Source: Microbacteriaceae bacterium (GTDB lineage: Bacteria > Actinomycetota > Actinomycetes > Actinomycetales > Microbacteriaceae). Taken from it: 64,000 nt of DNA. Positions 1-10,240 of the stretch are shown here, one piece after another (within the stretch, counting starts at the first letter, position 1; each line of letters opens with the position of its first letter). Under the pieces are notes generated by a model. That model was not told the origin of the DNA. It did not search any database and was given only the letters and a program-made list of their open reading frames with translations. The position numbers were made by a program, and so were the translations under genes. The stretch is from assembly GCA_003852775.1 (NCBI GenBank), contig RDDZ01000129.1, forward strand, positions 2,857-66,856, in the 5' to 3' direction.

Positions 1-128
1 AGTTACTCCTTTGTAATGACCTCCGGGCGGCGCTGGCGCGACGCCACATGTGCGACGGAAGCGAGCCTCCAGCGCTGTGCGCGGGCTGCCTGGGTCGCGA
101 GGTCACGCTAGGTGGCTGTCGCAGAGTC

Positions 129-192
129 TGCAAGTATGTTGCACTAGACGCAAACCGGGCATGGAGTGTTCCTGCAGGCGCAACAGTGTTGC
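129..192. promoter_or_regulatory. two short palindromes (TGCAA-N5-TTGCA 129-143; GCAAC-N3-GTTGC 180-192) upstream of the IclR gene; possible operators
   Basis: read directly; 60-125 nt upstream of the start at 254. Confidence 0.25.
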
Positions 193-253
193 AGCCTGCG
201 CACGAGTCTCTCTGCGATTCCCAGCACCCCACCGCCGACGCTAAGGAGCACAC

Positions 254-1027
254 ATGGAAGGGTCTGGCCACCGCACTCTGGCCCGCGGTATCGCCATCCT
301 CGAGACCGTGGCGGAAGCGCCCGACGGCTGCACGATCTCCGAACTCGCTGCGATCACCGGCAACGACAAGAGCACCACCTCGAGGCTCGTGTCCTCGTTG
401 TGCGACTTCGGGTACCTCACCCGCCTGCCCGACCGCCGCGTCGTGCTCACCGGACGCGTGCTGCGCCTTACTCGGGGTTTCCAAGCGCAGTTCGACCTGC
501 AGAAACTCGCCCGCCCCGTGCTCACCGAGTTGCGCGACCGAGTGGGCGAGTCGGTCATCCTGACCATCCGCGAGGGCAACTTCTCTGTCTCGATCGACCA
601 GATCGACCCCGAACAGAACTTCCGCATGGTGCCGCACGTCGGCAATACCGCACCTCTGGATGCCACGGCCGCTGGCCGCGCGATGCTGTTCGCACTTCCC
701 GCTCCCGAACAGGTGCGCATCCTCGCCGCGATCAAAGACGAGCCGGTCGAGCATCCTGAGGTGCGGCTCACGCCTCGCACGCTGCCGATCGAGGCCGACA
801 AGGCGCGGCGTCGGGGCTTCGTGTGGATCCAGCGCTCCGACGACGTCGAGCGCGTGGCGGCCGTCGTGCTCGACACCCTCGGCGCTCCCCTTGCCGCCGT
901 CTCCATCTACGGGCCTCGATACCGGATGCGCGACCGAATCGACGAGCTCGGCCGCGAGTGCAAGCAGGTCGCCGAAGCGGTGGGGATGCTCGCCCGCGGC
1001 CAGCGCGCCCGCGACACCCGCTGGTGA
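254..1027 (+). CDS. IclR-family transcriptional regulator
   Basis: 257-aa ORF with an N-terminal wHTH (LARGIAILETVAE...ISELA) and a C-terminal IclR effector-domain-like region. Confidence 0.9.
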   Translation: MEGSGHRTLARGIAILETVAEAPDGCTISELAAITGNDKSTTSRLVSSLCDFGYLTRLPDRRVVLTGRVLRLTRGFQAQFDLQKLARPVLTELRDRVGESVILTIREGNFSVSIDQIDPEQNFRMVPHVGNTAPLDATAAGRAMLFALPAPEQVRILAAIKDEPVEHPEVRLTPRTLPIEADKARRRGFVWIQRSDDVERVAAVVLDTLGAPLAAVSIYGPRYRMRDRIDELGRECKQVAEAVGMLARGQRARDTRW

Positions 1028-1099
1028 CCGTCCCCGTCGACGCAACTACAACTAGGGTGTGTTGCTGAAGCTGGTGTCGAGCTCGACGACGTGCCGGCC

Positions 1100-1380
1100 G
1101 CGGTAGCGGTGCTGCTGGGCCAGCACGCGATCCGGGCGGCTGCGCGCCCGTCCGCAACGAGCTGCACCTTGGTGGTCAAACCACCCCGCGACCGGCCTAT
1201 TCCATGGTCAGGCGGCTCCGGCACGTCACGCCACGGCGCCCCGGTCCGGAAACGCCACGCGGCCGCCTCCACCATCGTCCGGCGATCCACCGGCGGACGG
1301 CCGCCCGTCTTCCCCGGCGGGAACAACGGGCCGATCACAGCCCACACCCTGTCAGAGATCACATCACACGCGACACGACA
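1100..1380 (-). pseudogene. IS5-family (IS427/IS1031-like) transposase relic with internal deletion
   Basis: the N-terminal signature DRVWAVIGPLFPP..GGRPPVDRRTMVEAAAWRFRTGAPWRDVPE jumps directly to HGIGRSRGGLTTKVQLVADGR; the remainder is missing and no inverted repeats were seen. Confidence 0.6.
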
Positions 1381-1425
1381 ACCAGACTCGCCGCCCCACG
1401 CAGCGAGTCCCTTCAGCAACACGAC

Positions 1426-1887
1426 CTAGGCGGATGCGCCGGGCGAGGTCGCGCGGGCGAGCGACTCGAGCAGCTGCGTCACGCGCTCGATGTCGTCCAC
1501 CGGCCAGGTCTCGACGACGCGCGTGAGCAGGCCCTCGTAGCGGGCGCGGGCCGCCGCGAGGCGCGTCGCGCCCTCTGATGTGACGGTGATGAGCTTGATG
1601 CGGCCGTCCGACTCGTCGGCGACACGGCGCACGAGCCCGAGCTCCTCGAGGTCGGTGACGCTGCGGCTCACCTGCCCCTTGTCGGCGGCGAGCTGCTCGG
1701 CGAGCCCCGAGACCGTCGTCGAGCCGCGACGCTCGATGAGCGAGAGCACCTTGTAGGTGCCGGGCAGCATCCCCGGGCTCACCGTCGCCGCCGCCTGCGC
1801 GTAGACGCGGCGCACCTCGCCGAGGAGCTCGGCGAACGCCCCCTCGAGGCCGCGGATCGCCTCCTGGCGACGGTCGGGGACGGTCAT
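1426..1887 (-). CDS. MarR-family transcriptional regulator
   Basis: 153 aa with a wHTH core (TYKVLSLIERRGSTTVSGLAEQLAADKGQVSRSVTDLEELGLVRR); its start overlaps the stop of the MFS gene. Confidence 0.9.
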   Translation of the reverse strand: MTVPDRRQEAIRGLEGAFAELLGEVRRVYAQAAATVSPGMLPGTYKVLSLIERRGSTTVSGLAEQLAADKGQVSRSVTDLEELGLVRRVADESDGRIKLITVTSEGATRLAAARARYEGLLTRVVETWPVDDIERVTQLLESLARATSPGASA

Positions 1888-3617
1888 CGCGTCCGGCCCT
1901 CCTCGGCGTCGCGCTCGTCGGCGTCCGGGAGCGGGATCGAGCCGGTCGCCGTGATCGACGACATGCCCTCGGGCACCGACACGGTCGCGAGGTCGGCCTC
2001 GGAGGCCTGCAGCCGCTCGGTCGTCGTCATCCGGGTGAGGGGCTTGTTCGGCAGGAACACGATCGCGATGAGGCTGATGACCGCGAACGGCACCGCGATG
2101 AGGAAGGAGTGCGAGATGCCCGTGGCGTAGATGTCCTCAAACACGAGTCGCAGCTCCTCCGGCATCTCGGCCACCTTCGGGAGGGTACCGGACTGCAGCT
2201 GCTCGGCCCACGCGGGGGCGTCGGCGCCGAGGCTCGCGAGCGCGGTGGCGATGTCGTCCTCGCGCTCGGTAACGAGCTCGATGACGCGCGCCGCGAGCGC
2301 GGCGCCCATGACCGCGACGCCGACGGTGCCGCCGAGGCTGCGGAAGAAGGTGACGCCCGAACTGGCGACGCCGATGCGCTCGGGTGCGGTCGTGTTCTGC
2401 ACCACGAGCACGAGGTTCTGCATCGTCATGCCGACGCCCGCACCGAGCGCGGCCATGTAGAGCGAGACGAGCGCGAAGTTCGTGTCGTAGTGGATCGTGG
2501 ACAGGAAGTACGAGCCGGCGGTGAGCAGGATCGCGCCGACGACGAGGTAGATCTTCCACTTGCCGAAGCGCGTCACGAGCGCGCCGACGCCGATCGACGA
2601 CACGAGCAGGCCGCCGATCATCGGGATCGTCATGATGCCCGCCTCGGTCGGGGTGGCTCCGCGCGCGAGCTGCATGTACTGGCTGAGGAAGACGGAGGCG
2701 CCGAACATCGCGAGGCCGGTCGCGATCGAGGCGATGACCGAGAGCGTGAAGGTGAGGTCGCGGAACAGGTTCAGGGGGATGAGCGGCTCCTTCGAGCGCA
2801 GCTCGACGACGATGAACAGCACGGTCGCGACGGCGGCGACCCCGACCATCCACACGGTCGTCCAGCTGGCCCACTCGAACTGCTCGCCCGCGAGCGAGAC
2901 CCACACGAGCAGCAGGCCGACGGCCACCGAGAGCAGCACGATGCCGAGGTAGTCGATCGTGGTCTTGCCCGGGGCGCGCTTGGGCAGGTGCAGGGTCGTC
3001 TGCACGATGACGAGCGCGAGCACCGCGACGGGCACGGCGACGAAGAAGTTCCAGCGCCAGCCCCACACGTCCGCGATGACGCCGCCGAGCAGCGGGCCGC
3101 CGATCGTGGCGACGGCCATGACGGCGCCGAAGAGGCCCATGTACTTGCCGCGCTCACGCGGGCTGATGATGTCGGCCATGATGACCTGGCCGAGCGCCGC
3201 GAGACCGCCCGCTCCGATGCCCTGCACGGCGCGGAAGCCGATGAGCATCTCGGGGTTGGTCGAGAAGCCGGCGGCCGCCGAGGCGACGATGAAGATGAGG
3301 ATCGCGAGCTGGTAGAGCACCTTGCGGTTCATCAGGTCGGCGAGCTTGCCCCAGATGGGCGTCGAGATCGCGGTCGTGAGCAGGGTCGCGGTGATGACCC
3401 AGGTGAAGGCGGTCTGGTCGCCGTCGAGGTCGTGGATGATCGTCGGCAGCGACGTCGACACGACGGTCGACGCGAGCATCGACACGAACATGCCGAGCAG
3501 GAGGCCGGAGAGGGCCTCGAGCACGCGGCGGCGCTGCTTGGGGTCGGACAGGGCCTCGGGCGAGGTGGGGGTGTTGCGGAACATGCGGTCCTTCGGCGGT
3601 CGTTGCGAATGCGTCAC
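1884..3617 (-). CDS. MFS transporter, DHA2 (EmrB/QacA-like, 14-TMS) drug efflux
   Basis: 577 aa, many TM segments, motif GKLADLMNRK; lies upstream of marR in the same operon. Confidence 0.9.
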   Translation of the reverse strand: MTHSQRPPKDRMFRNTPTSPEALSDPKQRRRVLEALSGLLLGMFVSMLASTVVSTSLPTIIHDLDGDQTAFTWVITATLLTTAISTPIWGKLADLMNRKVLYQLAILIFIVASAAAGFSTNPEMLIGFRAVQGIGAGGLAALGQVIMADIISPRERGKYMGLFGAVMAVATIGGPLLGGVIADVWGWRWNFFVAVPVAVLALVIVQTTLHLPKRAPGKTTIDYLGIVLLSVAVGLLLVWVSLAGEQFEWASWTTVWMVGVAAVATVLFIVVELRSKEPLIPLNLFRDLTFTLSVIASIATGLAMFGASVFLSQYMQLARGATPTEAGIMTIPMIGGLLVSSIGVGALVTRFGKWKIYLVVGAILLTAGSYFLSTIHYDTNFALVSLYMAALGAGVGMTMQNLVLVVQNTTAPERIGVASSGVTFFRSLGGTVGVAVMGAALAARVIELVTEREDDIATALASLGADAPAWAEQLQSGTLPKVAEMPEELRLVFEDIYATGISHSFLIAVPFAVISLIAIVFLPNKPLTRMTTTERLQASEADLATVSVPEGMSSITATGSIPLPDADERDAEEGRTR

Positions 3618-3639
3618 GCGACGACACTGGCGCGAGATC

Positions 3640-3701
3640 GTTGACAGAGGTCAACGGTTGAGAGGTGACAACCATACGCCGATGGTTGACGGATGTCAAC
3701 C
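3640..3701. promoter_or_regulatory. array of three related palindromes (GTTGAC-N4-GTCAAC 3640-3655; GGTTG-N8-CAACC 3656-3673; GGTTGAC-N4-GTCAACC 3684-3701); probable MarR operator array
   Basis: read directly in the 96-nt region upstream of the MFS-MarR operon. Confidence 0.5.
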
Positions 3702-3713
3702 ATCCGGGAGGCC

Positions 3714-4325
3714 TCAGCCGATGGCGCTCTCGGTCGCCCGCGCGACGTGCCGCAGGATCGCGGACGCCGCCGCGTCGCCGTCGCCCGAACGGATGGCATC
3801 GAGGATCGCGCGGTGCTCGTCGACCGCCTCGTCGACGCGACCCGGTCGCGTGGCGGAGCGGGAGCGCGCAAGACGCAAGCGGTCGGCGACCGACGCTCCG
3901 ACCGTGATGAGGCGCTCGTTGCCCGTCGCCTCGAGCAGCACGCGATGGAAGTCCGCCTCGCCCCTCGATTCGAGCGCCCCGACCGCGCGCTCGAGCCGCG
4001 CGATCCGCTCGGGGTCGGCGGCCTCCGCCACGATGCGCGCCGCGTGGGACTCGATCGCCTCGCGCACCTGGCCGAGCTCGCGCACGTCCTCCGCGGTCAT
4101 GGCCGCGACGAACGCGCCGCGGCCGGGCACGAGTCGGACGAGGCCCTCGGCGGCCAGCGCCTGGATGCCCTCGCGGATGGGCGAGCGGCTGATGCCGTAC
4201 TGCTCGGCGAGCTTCACCTCGTTGAGACGCTCGCCCTCGCGCAGCTCGCCCGCCAGGATGCGCTGCCGCACGAGGGGCACGAAGTCGTCAGCGAAGCGGC
4301 GCTGGACGAAACGAGGGTCGGTCAC
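3714..4325 (-). CDS. GntR-family (FadR/FCD type) transcriptional regulator
   Basis: GTG start at 4325; wHTH EVKLAEQYGISRSPIREGIQALAAEGLV followed by an FCD-like C-terminal domain. Confidence 0.85.
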   Translation of the reverse strand: MTDPRFVQRRFADDFVPLVRQRILAGELREGERLNEVKLAEQYGISRSPIREGIQALAAEGLVRLVPGRGAFVAAMTAEDVRELGQVREAIESHAARIVAEAADPERIARLERAVGALESRGEADFHRVLLEATGNERLITVGASVADRLRLARSRSATRPGRVDEAVDEHRAILDAIRSGDGDAAASAILRHVARATESAIG

Positions 4326-4336
4326 AAACGCGCAGC

Positions 4337-5295
4337 CTACTCGGAAGCGCCACCCCGACGGCGACGCTCGCCGACGAGCGACCACGCCGTCGATCCCGCC
4401 AGGAACGCAGCCTGCAGCCAGAACACGCCGGCGACCCCGGCGACGACCGCGAGCGCCCCCGCGGCGACGGGGATCGCCGTCTGCGCGACCCGGTTCCCGA
4501 CGAGCCGGATGGCGAGCGCCTCCGAGCGGACCTCGCGCGGCACCGCGAGCGCCACGAGGCTCATCGTGAGCGGCTGGCCGATGCCGATGCCGATGAGGAA
4601 GCCGCCGACCACCATGACCAGCACGAGCGGCACGAGCTTCTGAGTGAGGGCGACGGCGGCCATGGTCGCCGCGCCGCCGATCGTGCTCGCGGCGACGAGG
4701 CTCGACCGGGTCCACCTGCGCGACATCGGTCCGAGCAGGAAGCGCGGCACTGCGGACGCGATGCCGCGCAGGGCGAGCAGCCCGCCCACCGCCGCGGGCG
4801 CGATGCCCGCGTGCTCGCCGATCACCGGCAGGTAGGCGGAGAGGATGTCGACGGAGGTGAGCAGCGAGACGCTCACGGCCATCGACGCGATCACGCCCGG
4901 TCGTCGGAGGATGCCGGCCGGCGAGAGCGCGACCTCGGGCTCGGCCGAGGAGCCGACCATCGCGGTCGCGCGGGAGACGAACACGAGCGCGACGAGCACG
5001 CCCACCGCGGCCGCGATCCAGAACGCCTCCGCCACGACGCCGTCGGCGTGGGTGCGGCGCCCGATCACGAGACCCGCGATGAGCGGTCCGATGGCCTGGC
5101 CGACCGCCATGCCCGCGGTGAGCCAGCCGAAGCCCGCGTCGTAGCGGGCGGTCGAGGAGGCGCGCGAGATCCAGGCCTGCGCCCCGAGCAGCACGACGAG
5201 GTTGCCGAGCCCGAGCACCGCCGAGGCGACGCCGAGCCACACGAGGTCCGGCGAGACGGCGGCGAGGACGCCGGCCGCGACGAGCAGCAGCCCGC
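4337..5295 (-). pseudogene. MFS transporter lacking roughly its first 100 aa (N-terminally truncated)
   Basis: about 8 TM segments remain; upstream of about 5295 the frame becomes non-membrane junk and abuts the truncated PrpF frame. Confidence 0.55.
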
Positions 5296-5296
5296 G

Positions 5297-6219
5297 AGTT
5301 GCGCAGCCGCGCCGATGCAGAGCGCAGCCGTCATCGGCACCGCGCGGTGGACGCGACCCATCGAGAACGCCGTGACGCGCAGCTGCGCCTCGTCGTCGGT
5401 GTGCACGAGCACGATGCGCGGCACGATCGGGGACTCCTCGGCCGTCGCCCGCGCGGAGCTCGCGACACCGACCCGCACGGCGGCCGCGCCGCGCACGGCC
5501 TCGACGCGCTCGAGGAGAGCCGAGTCGGCGTTGAGCTGCTCGGGCGTGCGCGCGTCGTCGGGGGCGAGCCCGACCGCGACGGCCGCGACGAAGACGTACG
5601 GGTGCGTCGCGTCGACGACCGACAGCTCGACGGGGATGCCGTCGACCACGAGCGTGTCGCGCGCCGCGCCCGTCGGCAGGAGCGCGCCGAGCACGCCCCC
5701 GCCCGGCTCGAGATAGCGGGTGACGACCGGCGAGCCCGTGCCGGGCACGCCGGCGACCGCGAGGTCACCCGTCGTGGCGGCGCGGCCTCCGTCGATCCGC
5801 AGCTCGACCTCGACGTCGACGCCGGTGTTCGCGTTGTGCAGCACGAGTCGGCGCTGCGGTCCGCCCGCGGGGACGAGTCCCTCGTCGACCGCGAAGGCGC
5901 CGACCGCCGACGTCAGGTTGCCGCAGTTGCCCGACCACTCGACGACAGCGCGGTCGATGCCGACCTGCCCGAACCAGTAGCGCACGGAGTCCTCGTCGAC
6001 GGGCTCCACGACGACGACCTTGCTCGTGGACGAGAAGGTGCCGCCCAGGCCGTCGATCTGCATCGGGTCGAGGCTCCCCATGAGCCGCAGGATGAGGTCG
6101 TCGCGCTCGGCGCCGGCGGGCGGCAGGTCGCGCGCGTGCAGGAAGAGGCCCTTGCTCGTGCCGCCGCGCATGAGCACGGCCTGCACCGACCGGATCGTCT
6201 CGCCCATGCCCGCGCTCAC
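5297..6219 (-). pseudogene. PrpF-family isomerase (2-methylaconitate isomerase / 4-oxalomesaconate tautomerase family), C-terminally truncated
   Basis: N-terminal signature VLMRGGTSKG; homology ends after ...MTAALCIGAAAQLAG at about aa 307; GTGA overlap with the upstream MBL stop. Confidence 0.6.
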
Positions 6220-7000
6220 GCGACCCGCACCGCGCGGCCCTCGAGCCCCGGCACGGCCGGGAAGCGCTCGAGCACGGCGGAATCATGACCGGCGACGATG
6301 ACGCCCCCTGGGCGAGCTCGTGCATGCGATCGAAGGTGCGGTGCACGTCGACGAGGTCGGTGTGCACCGCGAACGCCCGGTCCTGCTCGACGTTCTCGAA
6401 GTAGTGCGAGGCGTCGGCGGCGAGCACGACCGGCCCGTTCGCCGTCTCGACGCGCGTCACCTGCGTGCCCGGCGTGTGCCCGCCCGTGTGGTGCACCGTG
6501 ATGCCGGGCGCGAGCTCCGTGTCGCCGTCGAGCAGCCGCATCCGTCCCTCCCGCTCGAGCGCGGCGAGACGGTCGATGTCGTCGCGTTCCGCGTGGTGGC
6601 CGAGCTCGCCGCGCTCGGCGTAGGGACCCGTCCAGAAGTCGAACTCCGCGCGCTGGGCCACGAAGGTCGCCGAGGTGAACGGCTCGACGTCGCCAACGTG
6701 GTCGTTGTGGAAGTGCGAGAGGATCACGAGCGGCACCGACGCGGGGTCCGCGCCGAGGCGCGCGAGCGCCTCGCTCGGCGCCTCGACGAGGGTGCGCGGG
6801 CGGCCCTTGTTGCTCTCCGCCGTGAAGCCGACGTCGAGTACGACGTCCTGATCCGGCGAGCGCAGCAGCCACGTGAAAAAGTGCAGCACCATCTGCTCGT
6901 CGGGCGGCACCGCGGCCGCGCCCATGAAGTACCGGCCGCGCGTGCCGGTGACGTTCGTTGCGAAGCTGATGCCGTAGACCTCGTGGACGGCGACCGGCAT
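6216..7000 (-). pseudogene. MBL-fold hydrolase (AHL-lactonase-like) with a frameshift in a homopolymer
   Basis: HFHNDHVGD motif; ATG at 7000 behind GGAGGGGGGAG; the C-terminal GVIVAGHDSAVLERFP continues in another frame after the C5 run at 6304-6308; length 785 nt is not divisible by 3. Confidence 0.65.
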
Positions 7001-7802
7001 GACTACTCCCCCCTCGATGATCCGCACGACGGACGTGTGGTAGTTCGCGCCGTAGCCCGCGGCCGCCGTGCGCTCGAGCAGCTGGTGCGCGAGCGTCGCC
7101 GCCGGCAGGGTCGTGTCAAGGTCGGATGCCGCCTCGAGCGCGTACGACAGGTCCTTCATCATGTAGGTCGTCGGAAAGATCCCCTCGCCGTGCACGTCGG
7201 GCAGCAGCGCCTTGCGCCCGTGGTTCTCGAGCACGAAGCTCGCGGCCGAGCCGTTGCCGAGCGCCTGCCACGCGAGCTCCGGGTCGATGAGCCCGCTGCG
7301 GCGCACGAGCGTGATCGCCTCGGCGAGCGCGACGACCGTCTCGAAGACGACCATGTTGTTGAGGATCTTCATGAGCGCGCCCGCGCCGTTCGGACCGCAG
7401 TGCAGGACGTCGGTGGCCATGGTCCGCAGCAGCGGCTCGACGGCCGCGAAGTGCTCCGGGGGAGCCTCCCGCCGTGATGCTGAGCGTGCCGCCGACCGCG
7501 GCCTGCCGGGTGCGGGCGACGGGGGCGTCGACGAAGCCGAGCCCGAGCTCGGCCGCCGCCTCCCCGGCCCGCGTGGCGAGGGCGACGGGGCTCGTCGACA
7601 GGTCGACGACGATCGTGCCGGGGCGGGCCGCCGCGAAGACGCCGTTGTCGCCGAACAGCACCTTCTCGACCTGCGGCGCGCCCGGGAGCGACCTGAAGAC
7701 GACGTCGCTCGCGGCGGCGAGCTCGGAGACGTTCGATGCCTGCGGGCCGCCCATGACGCCCAGCCCGATGAAGCCGAGCCGCGTCGCGGCCGGGGCGCTC
7801 AC
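7001..7802 (-). pseudogene. 3-hydroxyisobutyrate-dehydrogenase-like NAD-binding dehydrogenase; frameshifted, internally deleted, no own stop
   Basis: GFIGLGVMGGP is followed too soon by ASDVVF (about 30 aa missing); frame switch at the G5 run 7458-7462; reads through the C6 run 7008-7013 into the MBL ATG. Confidence 0.6.
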
Positions 7803-7816
7803 GCTGCCGCCTCCGT

Positions 7817-8625
7817 CTAGAGCTCGGCCGCGCGGCGGGCGGCGTTGGTGCCCGCGATACCGCCGAAGACGGCGCCGCGCATGAGCCCGGCCCCGGCACC
7901 GTAGTTGTGGTAGAAGAATCCGCCCGAGATCTCGCCCGTCGCGTAGAGGCCCGGCATGGGGGTCTCCTCGTTCGAGATGACGCGCGCGTCGGCGTCGATC
8001 TTGATGCCGCCGTAGGTGAAGGTGACACCGCACGTGACGGGGTAGCAGACGAAGGGGCCCTGGCCGATCGTGAGCGACCAGTTCGACTTCGCCGGCTGGC
8101 CTGCCGGCTCGGCGCGGACGCCGTCGAGCGTGAACGGGTCGTTGCGGTCGGCGGCGTCGGCCGGCACGGCGGCGCTGAAGTCGGCGACCGTCTTGACGAA
8201 CGTGCGCACGTCGACGCCGAGCTTGTCGGCGAGCTCCTCGAGGGTGTCGGCGACGACGGGGGTGCCCGTCGAGTAGCGCGGCTCGAGCAGGTGGAGCGTC
8301 TTCTGGTCGAAGATCTGGAACGCGACGGCGCCCGGCTGCGCGAGCACGGCGCGGCCGGTCTTCGCGTAGGTCAGGAAGACGTTGTTCTCGCCCTCGTCGA
8401 CGAAGCGCCTGCCGTCACGGTTGACGAGCAGGGCGTACAGGTACGAGTAGCGGCTCGTCTTGTCCTTGAGCACTGTCGCTGTGCAGCACCGGCTTGATGG
8501 CCTCGAGGCCGTCGTGCGTCGTGCGGAAGATGCCGCCCGTGAAGCGGCTGTTGCCGCCGCGCAGCTCCCTGCTCGCGGCCTCCAGCACGAGCACCGACGC
8601 CCCTGCCTCCTGTGCGGCGGGCCGC
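7817..8625 (-). pseudogene. TcuA / fumarate-reductase-type FAD flavoprotein with two deletions
   Basis: the C-terminal 218 aa are intact (GLYATGEISGGFFYHNYGAG); AAQEAGASVLVLEAASRELRGGNSRFTGG (about 8480-8625, other frame) lacks the GxGxxG and joins directly to KDKTSRYSY. Confidence 0.55.
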
Positions 8626-9435
8626 GGTCGAGGTGTCGACCATGACGTTCTTGACGTAGGTGTAGTCCGCGAGGGCGTCCTCGCCGCGCTCGCGACCGTA
8701 GCCCGACTGCTTGATGCCGCCGAAGGGCGCCTGCGCCGCGCTCGTGCGGTAGGTGTTGACCCGGATGACGCCGGCGTCGAGGGCGGCCGTCATCCGGAAC
8801 GACCGCGAGACGTCGCTCGTCCAGACACCGGCGGCGAGGCCGAACTCGGTGCCGTTCGCGATGCGCACGGCGTCCTCCTCGGTGTCGAACGGGATGACGG
8901 CGAGCACGGGCCCGAACACCTCCTCGTGGGCGATCGCGCTGTCGGGGTCGACGTCGGCGAGCACGGTCGGCTGCACGAAGAGCCCGTCGCCGAGGTCATC
9001 GCCGGATGCGGCCCCGCCGCCCGCGGTCACGCGCTCGCCGCTCTCCTGGGCCGCCGCCATCATCCCGAGGATGCGGTCGTACTGCGGCTGGTTGGCGACC
9101 GGACCCATCTCGGTGCCGGTGCTCTTCGGGTCGCCGAGCCGCACGCGCCCGGCGCGTGCGCTCACCTCCGAGAGCACGCGGTCGTACACGCTGCGCTGCA
9201 CGAGCAGGCGCGAGCCGGCCACGCAGGTCTGGCCAGCCGCGCCGAAGATGCCCGCGACGGCGCCGACGATCGCGCGGTTGAGGTCCGCGTCCTCGAAGAC
9301 GATGTTGGGGCTCTTGCCGCCGAGCTCGAGGCTCACGGGCACGAGGCGGTCGGCCGCGTTCGCGGCGATGCGCTTGCCGGTCGGTCCGCCGCCGGTGGAG
9401 CTGATCTTCGCGACGTCGGGGTGGCGCGTGAGGCA
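8626..9435 (-). pseudogene. aldehyde dehydrogenase, N-terminal third missing and stop codon lost
   Basis: ELGGKSP, catalytic-Cys region GQTCVAGSR and EEVFGPV are present; homology begins at ...HPDVAKISSTGG; the frame runs on into the TcuA relic. Confidence 0.6.
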
Positions 9436-9643
9436 ACTCGAGCAAGACGCCACCAAGCTCATCGCGATCGCCGCGACCGACCCCGGCGTGGATCTCGCGG
9501 TGATTCGCCACAATCAAGGTGCCCGCCGCGCCACCGTGCGCGCGCTGAGTCTTGCTTCCGGTCGCATGGCCCCGCGGCGTCTTCGTGATGGCGGCGAGCC
9601 TGCGATCCCCGGTGATTGAACCCGACGTTGTCGTGCGGACTGG

Positions 9644-10240
9644 TTAGCGTCGTCTCGCGGAACTCATCAGGATATGCGCGGTCGCTCCGATCGCCAGGAA
9701 GCCACCCGCGGTCACCCACGCGGCCAGGCTGTCGTCCGGTGCGAGCGCGAAGCCCCAAATCTCGGCGCCAGGGATCAGTCCTGGGCTGACAATGGCGGGA
9801 AGCAATAGAGCGGCAGCGGGCACAATCCCCGCGAGACGCCGGTCGAAGAACGCTGATGCGATCAGCCCGATGCCCCACATGCCGAGCGTCGCCTTGACGG
9901 GAGCCAGGGCGCCAAGCGTGCCGGTATCGCCGATGAGGACGGATGCAAGCATTGTCGAAGCGACGACCAGGAGCGCGGTGATGAGCCATAGCACCGCTTG
10001 CTCGAGTCGCATGGATCGCGCTGCCTGCCTCTCGAACTCGTGGAAGGCGCTGCTCACCGTATAGAGGAGAATCGCGACGACGACGAACTGCGCCGGCACT
10101 GCCAGAGGCACTGCACTCAGGTATCCGTCGTGTGTGATCTTAAGAGCCGGCGCCGCCCATAGTGGAAGCGTGAGTTCGATGAGGACGACCACGGCCAGGA
10201 TCTGGGGCAGTCGCCGGCTGAGGAGCAGTTGCCAGTTCAC
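9644..10240 (-). CDS. polytopic membrane protein (about 6 TMS), probable ABC-2-type permease partner
   Basis: hydrophobic ORF; GTG at 10240 forms a GTGA overlap with the upstream stop; last gene of the ABC operon. Confidence 0.65.
   Translation of the reverse strand: MNWQLLLSRRLPQILAVVVLIELTLPLWAAPALKITHDGYLSAVPLAVPAQFVVVAILLYTVSSAFHEFERQAARSMRLEQAVLWLITALLVVASTMLASVLIGDTGTLGALAPVKATLGMWGIGLIASAFFDRRLAGIVPAAALLLPAIVSPGLIPGAEIWGFALAPDDSLAAWVTAGGFLAIGATAHILMSSARRR

Noticed and set aside
2109-3644. 511-aa plus-strand ORF antisense to the MFS gene. Similar long antisense ORFs occur elsewhere, e.g. 5299-6288, 6320-7477, 31517-32581, 34932-36431, 36169-37518, 37272-38510, 39570-41129, 49905-51653, 55336-57198, 58681-60423 and 61560-63476.
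   Set aside because: Their composition is Arg/Gly/Asp/Ala/Pro-rich and low-complexity, with no motifs. Each lies opposite an ORF with clear family signatures. These are typical high-GC shadow ORFs.
6216-7802. A HIBADH-like dehydrogenase and MBL hydrolase read as one natural bifunctional fusion protein.
   Set aside because: The MBL gene has its own strong RBS and ATG at 7000. The dehydrogenase is frameshifted and internally deleted. The missing stop coincides with a C6/G6 homopolymer where a 1-nt change restores TAG.
9589-9630. TGGCGG...GATTGAACCC, resembling the 3' end of tRNA-Ser(GCU) (TGGCGGAGACGGAGGGATTTGAACCC); a possible att repeat at the left island edge.
   Set aside because: The spacing between the two blocks differs (19 versus 9 nt). 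The segment cannot be folded into a T arm plus acceptor, and identity outside the two short blocks is poor. It is probably chance, but worth a proper alignment.
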